Source: Geopsychrobacteraceae bacterium (lineage in GTDB: Bacteria; Desulfobacterota; Desulfuromonadia; Desulfuromonadales; Geopsychrobacteraceae). Taken from it: a stretch of 64,000 nucleotides of DNA. Positions within the stretch are counted from its first letter, which is position 1. Every line of letters starts with the position of its first letter. The stretch covers positions 608,001 through 672,000 of the forward strand of contig OY759353.1 of assembly GCA_963662315.1 (NCBI GenBank), in the 5' to 3' direction. This document shows, piece by piece, positions 48,249 through 58,425 of this stretch. A model generated the notes under the pieces. That model was not told the origin of the DNA. It saw only the letters and a list, made by a program, of their open reading frames with translations, and ran no database searches. The position numbers and the translations under genes were made by a program.

Positions 48249-49156
48249 CAGGTAACCAGCTATTCGCCAGAGAATATCCTTTCGAGAGTCACTTTCTTGA
48301 TCTGGACGGGCTGAAGTACCACTACCTTGATGAAGGTGCCGGGGATCCGGTTATTATGCTGCATGGCAATCCTTCCTGGTCGTTTTACTACCGCAACCTG
48401 GTAAAAACGTTGCGCTCTGACTTTCGCACCATTGTCCCGGACCATATCGGTTGTGGGTTGTCTGACAAACCTGCGGACTCCCGGTACCGTTACACACTGT
48501 CTCAGCGGGTCGCAGATCTTGACCGCCTGATTAATCACCTGGATTTACCGAAAAAGGTAACGCTGGTTGTGCATGACTGGGGCGGTATGATCGGCATGGC
48601 CTGGGCTGCGTTAAATCCGGGCCGCCTGGCGCGTCTGGTGGTTCTGAACACGGCTGCGTTTCCGCTCCCTGCGTCCAAGCCGCTGCCTCTCGCTCTGAAA
48701 ATCTGTCGTAATACCCAATTCGGCGCATTTCTGATTCAGGGGGTCAATGCCTTCGCCCGCGGCGCGGCCTGGGTCGGTTGTAAGCGCAAACGCATGAGTG
48801 CTGAGCTGCGCAAGCTTTACTGCAGCCCCTATGACAACTGGCAGCATCGCGTTGCTACCTTGCGCTTTGTGCAGGATATTCCTCTGGCTGAAGGAGATAG
48901 CGGTTACGATCTGGTTAAACAGACCGAAGCGTCTTTGTCCGGATATGCTGACCTCCCGACCAGTATCTTCTGGGGGGAGAAAGATTTTGTCTTTGATCGC
49001 CATTTTCTGAAACAGTGGCAAATCCATATGCCCCAGGCAGAAGTCCATTCTTTTGCGGATTGCGGCCATTATATTCTTGAAGATGCCGCTTCAGAAATTA
49101 TTCCTTTGATTGAGAAGTTCCTCAAGAATAATCCGCTTGCGGAACAGGTGCCCTGA
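48242..49156 (+). CDS. oleB: Beta-lactone decarboxylase OleB (haloalkane-dehalogenase-like)
   Basis: HGNPSWS, PDHIGCGLSDKP, HDWGG, FVQDIPL, GHYILED. Lies between oleA and oleC. Confidence 0.9.
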   Translation: MVTGNQLFAREYPFESHFLDLDGLKYHYLDEGAGDPVIMLHGNPSWSFYYRNLVKTLRSDFRTIVPDHIGCGLSDKPADSRYRYTLSQRVADLDRLINHLDLPKKVTLVVHDWGGMIGMAWAALNPGRLARLVVLNTAAFPLPASKPLPLALKICRNTQFGAFLIQGVNAFARGAAWVGCKRKRMSAELRKLYCSPYDNWQHRVATLRFVQDIPLAEGDSGYDLVKQTEASLSGYADLPTSIFWGEKDFVFDRHFLKQWQIHMPQAEVHSFADCGHYILEDAASEIIPLIEKFLKNNPLAEQVP

Positions 49157-49160
49157 TCCG

Positions 49161-50822
49161 ATGTCTGAGCGGCAGAATTTCAACATCGCTGCTTATCTAC
49201 CGCAGATGGCCGCTCTTCAGCCTGACACCCCGGCTGTCCACTTCCCGTTACAAGGGGAAGGTCCAGATAAATGCTATCTGACCTTGTCCTACCATCAGCT
49301 GAACCAGCGCAGCGATCAGATCGCGCACGGTCTCGAATCTATAGGCATAAGAAAAGGGGTTCGAAGCGCTTTAATGGTCAAGCCGTGCCCCGATTTTTTT
49401 GCCCTGACCTTTGCTTTGTTTAAAGTTGGCGCGGTTCCGGTTCTGATCGACCCTGGCATGGGGGTGAAGAATCTCAAGGTTTGTCTGGCCGAAGCTCAGC
49501 CACAGGCTTTTATTGGTATTCCTCAGGCACATGTTGCTCGTATCCTGCTCGGCTGGGGGAAGCAAAGCATAACGACTTTGTTAACCGTTGGGCGACGCTG
49601 GTTCTGGGGTGGAAAAAGTCTGGCTGCTTTGCTGGCCGGTGAATCAAACACAACAGCCTATCAGATGGTTTCCAGTGATGAAGACGATCTTGCCGCCATT
49701 TTATTTACCAGTGGCAGTACCGGGGTCCCTAAAGGGGCTGTCTATACCCATGGCAATTTTTCAGCCCAGGTTGAAGCGCTCAAGCAGGTGTACGCCATTG
49801 AGCCGGGAGAGATAGATTTGCCCACCTTCCCCTTGTTTGCCTTGTTTGCCCCGGCTCTTGGTATGACTTCAGTGATTCCTGAAATGGATTTTACCCGCCC
49901 GGGGAGTGTTGATCCGGAAAAAATCATTGGGGCAATTCAACGCTTTAAAGCCACAACCATGTTCGGATCCCCGGCGTTGATCCGCAGGGTTGGCGCGTTT
50001 GGTCAGACAGGTGGTATCAAGCTGCCCAGCCTCAAGCGGGTTATCTCTGCTGGGGCTCCAGTTCCGGCCGGGGTTTTGGAAAGCTTTTCCAGTATGCTTG
50101 CTGAAGGGGTCCAGATATTCACCCCCTATGGTGCCACAGAGTCCTTGCCGGTCTGTTCGGTTGGCAGTCAAACCATTCTGGAAGAGACGCGTTTTCTGAC
50201 CGATAAAGGGCAGGGGGTATGCATTGGCAAGCCGGTAGCAGGCATAACACTGAAAATAATCACCATTGATGATAATGCGATTGACACCTGGTCTGATGAT
50301 CTTGAGGTCACAGATGGAGAGATTGGTGAAATTGTGGTTCAGGGTCCTCAGGTGACGCGCAGTTACTTTAACCGTGATGAATCGACCCGATTGGCTAAAA
50401 TCAGCTCTGGAGACGGGCGTTTTTATCATCGTATGGGTGACCTGGGCTATCGTGATGAACAAGGCCGCATCTGGTTTTGCGGACGTAAAGCCCACCGGGT
50501 TGACGTTGGAGAACAGCGCCTGTTTACAATCCCCTGTGAGGCGTTGTTCAATACTCATCCAGCGGTATTCAGATCCGCGCTGGTCGGGATTCAGGTGCGA
50601 GGCAACACCCTGCCGGTTATCTGTGTTGAGCTGACTTCAGAGGCACACAATGCTGACAAAAAACAGCTTGTTGCCGAATTGAGCGAACTGGCCAGATCAA
50701 ACGAGCTGACCCAATCGATCAATACCTTTTTGTTTCATAAGAGTTTTCCTGTAGATATCCGGCATAACGCTAAAATTTTCCGTGAAAAACTCGCAGTCTG
50801 GGCGCAGGAGCAATTGTCATGA
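49161..50822 (+). CDS. oleC: Beta-lactone synthetase OleC (ANL family)
   Basis: FTSGSTGVPKG, DLPTFPLFALF, PYGATESLP, HRMGD, FPVDIRHNAKIFRE. Confidence 0.92.
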   Translation: MSERQNFNIAAYLPQMAALQPDTPAVHFPLQGEGPDKCYLTLSYHQLNQRSDQIAHGLESIGIRKGVRSALMVKPCPDFFALTFALFKVGAVPVLIDPGMGVKNLKVCLAEAQPQAFIGIPQAHVARILLGWGKQSITTLLTVGRRWFWGGKSLAALLAGESNTTAYQMVSSDEDDLAAILFTSGSTGVPKGAVYTHGNFSAQVEALKQVYAIEPGEIDLPTFPLFALFAPALGMTSVIPEMDFTRPGSVDPEKIIGAIQRFKATTMFGSPALIRRVGAFGQTGGIKLPSLKRVISAGAPVPAGVLESFSSMLAEGVQIFTPYGATESLPVCSVGSQTILEETRFLTDKGQGVCIGKPVAGITLKIITIDDNAIDTWSDDLEVTDGEIGEIVVQGPQVTRSYFNRDESTRLAKISSGDGRFYHRMGDLGYRDEQGRIWFCGRKAHRVDVGEQRLFTIPCEALFNTHPAVFRSALVGIQVRGNTLPVICVELTSEAHNADKKQLVAELSELARSNELTQSINTFLFHKSFPVDIRHNAKIFREKLAVWAQEQLS

Positions 50823-51811
50823 AAGCTCTTGTCACCGGAGGCGGAGGTTTTCTTGGCGGAGCCATTGTCAGATGCCTTCTGGGCGATGGTTATAAGGTTC
50901 GCTCTCTGGCCCGCAACACCTATCTTGACCTTGAACAGCTGGGGGTTGAGCAGGTTTCCGGAAGTCTAGATGATTTCGAAGCCGTAAGCCGTGCTGTTTC
51001 CGGCTGTGATCTGGTTTTTCACGTGGCCGCCAAGGCAGGCGTATGGGGGAACTGGGATGATTTTTATCGTCCCAACGTCATGGGGACCAGGCATGTTGTC
51101 GAGGCTTGTCGTAACGCTGGTGTCAGGCGGTTGGTGTTTACCAGCTCGCCCAGTGTCGTTTTCAATGGCCAGGATATGGAAGGCGTTGACGAGTCGGTTC
51201 CGTACCCTGATCATTACCTGTCGTACTATCCGCAAACCAAGGCTGAAGCAGAGCGAATTGTTCTGGCCGCCAATGACAATGACCTGGCGACAGTCGCATT
51301 ACGTCCACATCTTATCTGGGGTCCTGGTGACAACCATCTGGTTCCGCGTATTCTTGAGCGTGGCCGGGCTGGCGCTTTGCGACGCATTGGGCCTAAAAAT
51401 GCCCTGGTTGATACGGTCTATATTGATAATGCCGCCTGGGCCCATCTCGATGCTGCCAAGCACCTTGATATTGGTTCTGTCGTTGCAGGTAAAGCTTATT
51501 TTATCTCCAATAATGATCCTCGACCTCTCTGGGATATTGTCAATGCTATTCTGGCGGCCGGGGAGGTACGACCCGTAAACAAAGTTCTTCCTGCAAAAAC
51601 GGCCTATGCGATAGGTGCATGTCTGGAGGTGGTCTATCGGTTATTGCGGCTGAAAGGGGAGCCGCGGCTGACCAGGTTTGTTGCAGAGGAACTGTCCACA
51701 GCTCACTGGTTTGATTTGTCTGCAGCCAGAAATGATTTCGGTTACCAGCCACGAGTTTCGATTGAAGATGGCATGCACCTGTTGCGCAAGTGGCTTAGCC
51801 AAAGGGACTAA
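50819..51811 (+). CDS. oleD: 2-alkyl-3-oxoalkanoate reductase OleD (extended SDR)
   Basis: VTGGGGFLG, HVAAKAG, TSSPSV, YPQTK, LRPHLIWGPGD. Confidence 0.92.
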   Translation: MKALVTGGGGFLGGAIVRCLLGDGYKVRSLARNTYLDLEQLGVEQVSGSLDDFEAVSRAVSGCDLVFHVAAKAGVWGNWDDFYRPNVMGTRHVVEACRNAGVRRLVFTSSPSVVFNGQDMEGVDESVPYPDHYLSYYPQTKAEAERIVLAANDNDLATVALRPHLIWGPGDNHLVPRILERGRAGALRRIGPKNALVDTVYIDNAAWAHLDAAKHLDIGSVVAGKAYFISNNDPRPLWDIVNAILAAGEVRPVNKVLPAKTAYAIGACLEVVYRLLRLKGEPRLTRFVAEELSTAHWFDLSAARNDFGYQPRVSIEDGMHLLRKWLSQRD

Positions 51812-51813
51812 AG

Positions 51814-52488
51814 ATGTCTTTATGGAAAACCTCTCCAATAGAGATTTCTGCCACCGATTCGTTTTTGCATATATTCAGATTCCCCTTATCCCGCCCTGAT
51901 GATGACCAGCTTTTCAGGCAGCTACTGTCGACAGATGAATTACAGCGTTTGGCGCGACTGGTCATGCCTGATAAGCAGAATCAGTTTCTGCTAAGCCGTG
52001 GATTGTTGCGGAAAATCCTAAGTTTTTATCTTAAGAAAGACCCTGCAAGTATCTGTTTTAAAGTAACCTTGTCTGGAAAGCCAAGCCTTGCATATGCTCC
52101 CTTCCCGTTGTACTTCAATGTCAGCCATTCTGATCAATTCGGTGTAGTCGCCGTAGCCAGTACAATGGTCGGTATCGATATTGAGCGGATTAAAGATCGC
52201 TTGGATTTTCCAAGAATCGGAGCTCTGTATTTCAACAGGGCAGAACAGGATATTTTGAATAACTATCCGGCGCACCGTAAGCGCCGTGGTTTTTATCGAC
52301 TCTGGACCAATAAAGAAGCCCGGCTGAAGATGCTGGGTTGTGGTTTTATCGAACCTGACGCTCAAATGCCCGAAAATGCCTTTCAACACTATTTTTATGT
52401 AGCTCCAGGCTATGTCGCATCTGTCGCCATGAATGCTGCGCCTGATAAGATCGCACGTTTTAACCTGCTTCAATCAAATATTATTTAA
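51814..52488 (+). CDS. pfaE: Sfp-type 4'-phosphopantetheinyl transferase
   Basis: GKP.L, FNVSHS, VGIDIE, WTNKEARLK..G. Confidence 0.88.
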   Translation: MSLWKTSPIEISATDSFLHIFRFPLSRPDDDQLFRQLLSTDELQRLARLVMPDKQNQFLLSRGLLRKILSFYLKKDPASICFKVTLSGKPSLAYAPFPLYFNVSHSDQFGVVAVASTMVGIDIERIKDRLDFPRIGALYFNRAEQDILNNYPAHRKRRGFYRLWTNKEARLKMLGCGFIEPDAQMPENAFQHYFYVAPGYVASVAMNAAPDKIARFNLLQSNII

Positions 52489-52601
52489 GCGTCACCGGCC
52501 TGGATTTTTCCTTTTTGAAACTCTTTATCAGATCCTGCTATTATTGAAGTAAATGATGTTCCGGCCTTTTGAATTGTTCTGTTGATTTTTAAGGGAATTA
52601 T

Positions 52602-53966
52602 ATGAAGCAGCGTATTCATATTGGTATCGGCTGTGCCTTTTTGTTTGCCGGTTGGCTTGGCTCTTTTCTTTTAAACAGTCTGGCTTCTGGCTATAAATTT
52701 TATGTTCTTGGACCAACACTGCTGATTGCTATCGGTCTTGGGCTGGTCTGGAAGCGCGGGGGCGGAAAAATCGCCGCACTGGCCTTAGCTTTCACGGCGC
52801 TGTTCGCGTTGCTGACCATGAATCAGCTGGTTCCAGATCAGGCTCTGAGTGTTCCCGCAATCAGGGAACGTTTTCAAAAGAGCGCAGCAGAAGGGCGGCG
52901 CGTTGCGATTGAAATACCTGAGAGCATGCGCAGCGGGGTTTTCAATCAGGATCGTCATCTTGCAGTTTTTGCCGATCTTCATTTCTCCTTATATGCTCAA
53001 CTGCCGAACACGCCAGCGGATATGACCTTCACCCCTTCAGGGCACATGTTTGTCAGCATCCCGAACCTGGGGGCGATTTATGTTATACCGGCGACTGCTG
53101 ATGGCGGTGCCGCGTTGCAACCGCTACTATTTCATGTTGGGCTCGATAGGCCTTCCGGCTTGGTTTATTATAACCAGACACTTTATGTTGCAGAACCCGG
53201 TCGTATCCTTGCCGTGAGCGATAGCGATCATGACATGGTCGCTGATCATGTTGAGGTTGTTTTGGATGACTTGCCTGACGACGGTGGACATTGGCGGCGT
53301 TATCTGGTTATTGATAAAAACGGGGCTCTTTACGTCGGTGTCGGGTCGCGCTGTGACGCCTGTGAAGAGGAAGATTCCAGGCGGGGAACGGTTCTGAAAG
53401 TAAATCCCATTACCGGGGCGTCTGATGTTTATGCCAAAGGGTTGCGCAATATCGGTGGATTTACTACTGATGGCTCTGGCCAGCAATTGTGGGCGACCGA
53501 AAACAGCCGGGTTGGAAACGGTGTGCAGGCGGCTCCGGACGAAATTAACCTGCTGCAGCCTGGCGGCGATTATGGCTGGCCATATTGTTATGGCCAGCAA
53601 ATCGCCGATAGCGGACTGGGAACCAAAGCTCGCTGCGCAAGTACGCTTGGCAGTACGATTGATCTTCCTGCCGGTTCTGTTCCGTCCGGCTTGTTTTTTG
53701 GACATCGGCTTGTCGCTCCGCCGCTGTTCCAGAACAGTCTGTATGTTGTTTTGACTGAGGGAAACAACAAGCGTTTGGGGCGTATTATTCGTTTTCCGGT
53801 TGAAGGAAGCCGGTTTAATGATCCTCTGGAATTCATTAAAGCCGATGGTGAGGGGGATTTTACCTGGGAACCGCACCAGATTGTTGCAGGTCAGGATGGT
53901 GCTTTGTATGTCAGTGATGAATCTGCTCATGTTATCTATCGCGTCAGTTGGGAAGAACAGAAATAA
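52602..53966 (+). CDS. Membrane-anchored glucose/sorbosone-dehydrogenase-like beta-propeller
   Basis: Three N-terminal TMs, GGHW.R, LYVGVGSRCDAC, AKGLRN, PDEINL..PGGDYGWPYC, DGALYVSDE. Confidence 0.82.
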   Translation: MKQRIHIGIGCAFLFAGWLGSFLLNSLASGYKFYVLGPTLLIAIGLGLVWKRGGGKIAALALAFTALFALLTMNQLVPDQALSVPAIRERFQKSAAEGRRVAIEIPESMRSGVFNQDRHLAVFADLHFSLYAQLPNTPADMTFTPSGHMFVSIPNLGAIYVIPATADGGAALQPLLFHVGLDRPSGLVYYNQTLYVAEPGRILAVSDSDHDMVADHVEVVLDDLPDDGGHWRRYLVIDKNGALYVGVGSRCDACEEEDSRRGTVLKVNPITGASDVYAKGLRNIGGFTTDGSGQQLWATENSRVGNGVQAAPDEINLLQPGGDYGWPYCYGQQIADSGLGTKARCASTLGSTIDLPAGSVPSGLFFGHRLVAPPLFQNSLYVVLTEGNNKRLGRIIRFPVEGSRFNDPLEFIKADGEGDFTWEPHQIVAGQDGALYVSDESAHVIYRVSWEEQK

Positions 53967-54061
53967 ATATTTTCGATAAAATTAAAATGTGTCTGTTTTT
54001 TATCCTTGACACTACAGTGCCGATTTGGTACTTCAATGCGCACGCCAAACGGCGTAGATAT

Positions 54062-54135
54062 GGCCCCGTCGCCAAGTGGTAAGGCAGAGGTCTGCAACAC
54101 CTTTATCCCCAGTTCGAATCTGGGCGGGGCCTCCA
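54062..54135 (+). tRNA. tRNA-Cys(GCA)
   Basis: GGCCCCG...CGGGGCC-TCCA, anticodon loop CTGCAAC, GTTCGAA. Confidence 0.97.
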
Positions 54136-54146
54136 CAAAAAAACAT

Positions 54147-54178
54147 AATGCCAGCCTAATGGGTTGGCATTTTTTTTT
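54147..54178 (+). terminator. Intrinsic terminator after tRNA-Cys
   Basis: AATGCCAGCCT-AAT-GGGTTGGCATT plus T run. Confidence 0.8.
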
Positions 54179-54189
54179 GGACTGATTCC

Positions 54190-55008
54190 ATGGAACTGCT
54201 TTCTCCTTATCTGATTTCTTTGACTCTGCTGCTAGGCGCTTGTGCCGGTTTTGCAGCTGGACTGCTGGGCATTGGCGGTGGGGTTATCCTTGTTCCATTG
54301 TTTCTGTGGCTCTTTCCTAAAGCCGGGTTCCCTCCTGATCTTGTTGTTCATAGCGCCTTTGGCACCAGTCTGGCGATTGTTTTTCCTACTGCAGTCAGCA
54401 GTGTCCTTGGGCATCGCAAACGAGGCAATATTATCTGGGGAATAGTCTTGTATCTGATTGCTGGCGGAGTACTGGGTTCATTTATAGGATCATCACTTGC
54501 TGCGGTATTGCCCGGAGAGAAGCTTAAAATTGCCTTTGGCGTCATGCAGATTGCCGTCAGCCTGAAGCTGTTTTTCAGTCATAATAGTCAGCAGATCACG
54601 ACAGATATGCCCGTTTGTAGCGGCAAGTCACTCATTCTTATTGGTGCTATCGGCGGTTTCTTTTCGGCTTTTTTTGGTATCGGTGGCGGGGTGGTCGCGG
54701 TACCCCTGATGTACGTCGTTTTGAAAATACCGATCCGCGTAGCAGTGGGGAATTCCAGTGCCTTGATTGTTGTCTCTTCGCTGGTGGCTGTGTGTCTGTA
54801 TGTCTGGTACGGTCAGGGTCATATCCATGATCTGCCCTTTTCTTTTGGCTATGTTAATGGCCTGGTAGCTGTTATCGTAGCGCCAATGACGATGGTTTTT
54901 GCTCGCTTTGGTGTCATCCTTGCCAATAAGATCAGTCAGGATAAACTGGTAAAAATATTCTCTCTGTTACTGATGATTATCGGTCTGAAAATTATTTTAC
55001 ACCTTTAG
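54190..55008 (+). CDS. TauE/SafE-family sulfite exporter
   Basis: Two repeats of G..AG/SA.FGIGGG...VP, GTSLA, polytopic membrane protein. Confidence 0.9.
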   Translation: MELLSPYLISLTLLLGACAGFAAGLLGIGGGVILVPLFLWLFPKAGFPPDLVVHSAFGTSLAIVFPTAVSSVLGHRKRGNIIWGIVLYLIAGGVLGSFIGSSLAAVLPGEKLKIAFGVMQIAVSLKLFFSHNSQQITTDMPVCSGKSLILIGAIGGFFSAFFGIGGGVVAVPLMYVVLKIPIRVAVGNSSALIVVSSLVAVCLYVWYGQGHIHDLPFSFGYVNGLVAVIVAPMTMVFARFGVILANKISQDKLVKIFSLLLMIIGLKIILHL

Positions 55009-55019
55009 GGAGGCCAGCC

Positions 55020-55823
55020 ATGCTGCGTGAAGCTGCTGTCGCCGGGAGTTTTTATCCCTCTGCGCCGGAGCAATTGTCCCGTGTTGTCGATGGATATCTC
55101 GCTAATACTGTAAATAGAAGGACAGCCAGAGGGGTCATTGTCCCGCATGCCGGGTACGTTTACTCTGGCCATCTTGCCGGTGAGGTGCTCGCTCAGGTAC
55201 GGATACCGCCTCAGGTGATTTTGCTTGGTCCAAATCACCATGGTATCGGACCTTCCATTTCGATCAGCAGTGCTGATGCCTGGGTTACACCGCTTGGCCA
55301 GGTTCCGGTCAGCGGTGTCCTTGCTACTGCATTTAAGCAGCATTGTACCGCAGCTGTTTATGACCAGCAGGCGCACCTTTATGAACATAGCCTGGAAGTC
55401 ATGCTGCCATTTCTGCAAAGGTTGCGGGCAGATATCGAAATTCTTCCGGTTACGCTGCGCTCTTTGTCTTTTGGGCAGTGTATGGGCGTTGCAAAAGCTC
55501 TGGCTACTGTGATCAGCTGTGCCAAGGATGATGTTCTGTTACTGGCCAGTTCGGATATGAATCATTTTTTACCAGCTGCAGATAATGAAAAGCTGGATCG
55601 TCTTGCCATTAAAGCGATGACTGATTATGATCCTCAGGCTCTTTATGAGGTTGTGGTCGAACAACACATCAGTATGTGTGGATTTCATGCTGCTGTTATT
55701 GTTATGGAGGCCGCGCGTTTGCTTGGCTCTCAATCCTGTTCGTTAGTAGATTATGCCCACTCCGGATTGGTCAATGGTGACAATAGTCGTGTCGTTGGTT
55801 ATGCCGGACTGGTTCTTGAGTGA
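55020..55823 (+). CDS. amrB: MEMO1-family protein (AmmeMemoRadiSam protein B)
   Basis: AVAGSFYP, VPHAGYVYSG, GPNH, EHSLEV, ASSDMNH, SMCG, VVGYA. Confidence 0.92.
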   Translation: MLREAAVAGSFYPSAPEQLSRVVDGYLANTVNRRTARGVIVPHAGYVYSGHLAGEVLAQVRIPPQVILLGPNHHGIGPSISISSADAWVTPLGQVPVSGVLATAFKQHCTAAVYDQQAHLYEHSLEVMLPFLQRLRADIEILPVTLRSLSFGQCMGVAKALATVISCAKDDVLLLASSDMNHFLPAADNEKLDRLAIKAMTDYDPQALYEVVVEQHISMCGFHAAVIVMEAARLLGSQSCSLVDYAHSGLVNGDNSRVVGYAGLVLE

Positions 55824-55850
55824 TCCTTCTGTATATAGCTAGGAGTTTGT

Positions 55851-57248
55851 ATGTCTGATTTACGTGTTCGTTTCGCCCCGAGTCCAACCGGGTATCTGCA
55901 TATCGGCGGAGCCAGGACGGCTTTGTTTAATTACCTGCTGTCCAGGCAGCAGCAGGGGACTTTTGTCCTGCGTATTGAGGATACTGATGTTGAACGTTCT
56001 ACCCAGGAATCGGTAGACGCAATTCTGCAGGCCATGGACTGGCTTGGACTGGCCTGTGACGAGGGTCCGTTTTATCAGTCCGATCGTTTTGATCTGTATC
56101 GCCAGAAGGTTCAGCAGTTGGTTGATGAGGGGAAAGCATATCGCTGTTATTGCACCCCTGAGGAGCTTGATGCCAAACGTGAAGCTGCTATGCAGGAAGG
56201 GCGCAAACCAAAATATGACGGGACCTGTCGTCACCGCACTGATCAGCCCGATGCCCCCTATGTTGTGCGTTTCAAGTTGCCGACTGATCGTGACGAGACG
56301 ACTTTTAATGATCGGATCAAGGGGCCTATAACGTTCCGGCATGATGAACTTGACGACCTTATTATTCAGCGGACCGACGGGACTCCCACCTACAATCTGG
56401 TTGTCGTTATTGATGACGCTGAAATGGGGATCACCCTTGTCATCCGCGGCGACGACCACGTTAACAACACTCCACGCCAGATCCTGCTTTACGAGGCTCT
56501 TGGTTGTTCGGTTCCGGAATTTGCCCACGTGCCGATGATTTTGGGGGCAGATAAAAAGCGTCTGTCCAAGCGCCATGGGGCGACGTCAGTTATGGCCTAT
56601 CAGGAAATGGGCTATCTTCCTGAAGCCATGGTCAATTACCTGGTCCGTCTGGGCTGGTCGTGTGGCGACGAAGAAATATTCAGCATGGATGACCTGATTG
56701 AGAAGTTCAGCCTTGAAAATGTCGGTCGTGCAGCTGGTGTGTTTAATCCGGAAAAACTGTTGTGGCTGAATAGTCATTATATCAAAACCGGTGATGCTGA
56801 GCGTCTGGCCAGACTTTTGGTTCCGTTCTTGGAGGCAAAAGGGATTAACGTAAATAATGGTCCGGATATGGTCCCAGTTGTCAAAACGCTTCAGGAACGA
56901 GCCGCAACAATGGTTGAAATGGCTGATTCCGCTGCTTTCTATTTTGCTGATACGATTGATTATGAGGAAAAGGCCAAGGCGAAGTTCCTTACGGTGGATC
57001 AGAAAGATCTGTTCACCATATTGATTGATGAACTCCAGAAGTGTGAGCGTTTCGATGAGGCTGGTTTAGAGGTTGCTTTTGCGACCATCATGGAAAAAAC
57101 TGAATTGAAATTCGGTAAAATTGCCCAACCTCTGCGGGTCGCCCTCACCGGCGGTACCGCAAGCCCAAGCATTTATCATGTTCTTGAAGTTCTTGGGAAA
57201 GACGTTGTCCTGCAGCGCATTGAACGTGCAGTCACTGCTTTAGCTTGA
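55851..57248 (+). CDS. gltX: Glutamate--tRNA ligase
   Basis: [38 protein letters not shown]. Confidence 0.98.
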   Translation: MSDLRVRFAPSPTGYLHIGGARTALFNYLLSRQQQGTFVLRIEDTDVERSTQESVDAILQAMDWLGLACDEGPFYQSDRFDLYRQKVQQLVDEGKAYRCYCTPEELDAKREAAMQEGRKPKYDGTCRHRTDQPDAPYVVRFKLPTDRDETTFNDRIKGPITFRHDELDDLIIQRTDGTPTYNLVVVIDDAEMGITLVIRGDDHVNNTPRQILLYEALGCSVPEFAHVPMILGADKKRLSKRHGATSVMAYQEMGYLPEAMVNYLVRLGWSCGDEEIFSMDDLIEKFSLENVGRAAGVFNPEKLLWLNSHYIKTGDAERLARLLVPFLEAKGINVNNGPDMVPVVKTLQERAATMVEMADSAAFYFADTIDYEEKAKAKFLTVDQKDLFTILIDELQKCERFDEAGLEVAFATIMEKTELKFGKIAQPLRVALTGGTASPSIYHVLEVLGKDVVLQRIERAVTALA

Positions 57249-57255
57249 TATCTTG

Positions 57256-57291
57256 ACCCGCCTGTTGCCATGCCAGCAGGCGGGTTATTTT
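57256..57291. terminator. Terminator hairpin between gltX and the PilZ gene
   Basis: ACCCGCCTGTTG...CAGCAGGCGGGT-TATTTTTT. Confidence 0.75.
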
Positions 57292-57656
57292 TTGTTCGTA
57301 TCTTGTTCTTTGATCCATTCGTCAATTTCAAGCGAAATTTCTTCATCCATATCGACAAATTTCAACCCAATGCCGGGCTCAAAAGGTAAGTGGGAGCCCA
57401 TGGGGCGTTTCCAGACAACTTCACAACAGCAGCGCACCGTGCCTTGCAGGGGAGCGGGCAGGCTGAATTCAAGATCGATCCTGTCCCCGGGATTGACCTG
57501 TTGGGTTGTCGCGATAAACATGCCACTCTTGCTGATATTCTTTGTGTAGCCAAAAAAGGCTTTACGATCGTTGTCGATGTGCACTTTCTGAATGATCAGT
57601 GGCGATCTGAGATTTTTTCTGAGATCTGCTTTCGGACGATCTGTCTTGTTTTTCAT
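57285..57656 (-). CDS. PilZ-domain protein
   Basis: RKNLR (RxxxR), NISKSGMFI (NxSxxG), VVW..PGIGLKF. Confidence 0.88.
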   Translation of the reverse strand: MKNKTDRPKADLRKNLRSPLIIQKVHIDNDRKAFFGYTKNISKSGMFIATTQQVNPGDRIDLEFSLPAPLQGTVRCCCEVVWKRPMGSHLPFEPGIGLKFVDMDEEISLEIDEWIKEQDTNKK

Positions 57657-57744
57657 GCATCCTCCTTTTGTCGGTTTGTTATTTTAACCTATTTCAGCCT
57701 CATTATTAGTGAAAAAATAGCTGGTCAGGAAATATTTTACATTA

Positions 57745-57809
57745 AAACTCGAACGCATTCGAAAATATTGACAATGAAAAATAATTCTATAAACTCGAAC
57801 AGATTCGAA
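57745..57809. promoter_or_regulatory. Two palindromic operators flanking a TTGACA-N16-TAAACT promoter
   Basis: AAACTCGAACGCATTCGAA (57745) and AAACTCGAACAGATTCGAA (57791), each TCGAA-N4-TTCGA. -35 box 57768-57773, -10 box 57790-57795. Confidence 0.65.
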
Positions 57810-57825
57810 TATATGGAGATAGTTA

Positions 57826-58425
57826 ATGGCAGGGATCCGGGAACAGAAAAAGATCGAAACCAGGCAGGCAATATATACGGCAGCCGTACGTTTGTTCGCT
57901 GATAAAGGATTTGAAACAACCAGCATCGAAGATATCGCGAAGGAAGCCGGAATCGGCAAGGCTACCATTTATGGCTATTTTGCTAATAAGGATGAAATAT
58001 TTCTCTATTACTGTGATAACCAGCTAAGTGATGCTTTCTCGCAGTTTAAACAGGATAGTCTCGAAGGGCGTCCGGTGCTGGAAAAACTGGTACGATTTTT
58101 TATGCTGAAATTCTGTTTTGTCACGCAAAACCCGGAGTTCGGTCGACAGATGATGCGGGAAATGATTTTTCCCAATCACAATAGTCCTCAGGCTCAACAG
58201 CATGATCAGCGTTACTTTGAAATCCTGGACAGCATTTTTAAAGATGCCCAGGACCAAGGGCGAATTGGGGAAGGGCATGATCGCTTTATGCTTTCGGTCC
58301 ATTTTTTTTCCCTTTATCTGGGGATGGTTACCGGGTGGTTTAAAGGGTATGTCTCAAAGCCCGATGAAGCTGAAAATATCTTGAGAATCTTGTTTAAGCA
58401 AGCACTGGAGGGTGTACAGATATGA
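57826..58425 (+). CDS. TetR/AcrR-family regulator
   Basis: LFADKGFETTSIEDIAKEAGIGKATIYGYFANKDEI HTH. Confidence 0.95.
   Translation: MAGIREQKKIETRQAIYTAAVRLFADKGFETTSIEDIAKEAGIGKATIYGYFANKDEIFLYYCDNQLSDAFSQFKQDSLEGRPVLEKLVRFFMLKFCFVTQNPEFGRQMMREMIFPNHNSPQAQQHDQRYFEILDSIFKDAQDQGRIGEGHDRFMLSVHFFSLYLGMVTGWFKGYVSKPDEAENILRILFKQALEGVQI

Noticed and set aside
48242..49156. Haloalkane dehalogenase call
   Set aside because: Position between oleA and oleC identifies it as OleB.
53936..54136. 66-aa minus-strand ORF
   Set aside because: Antisense translation of tRNA-Cys.
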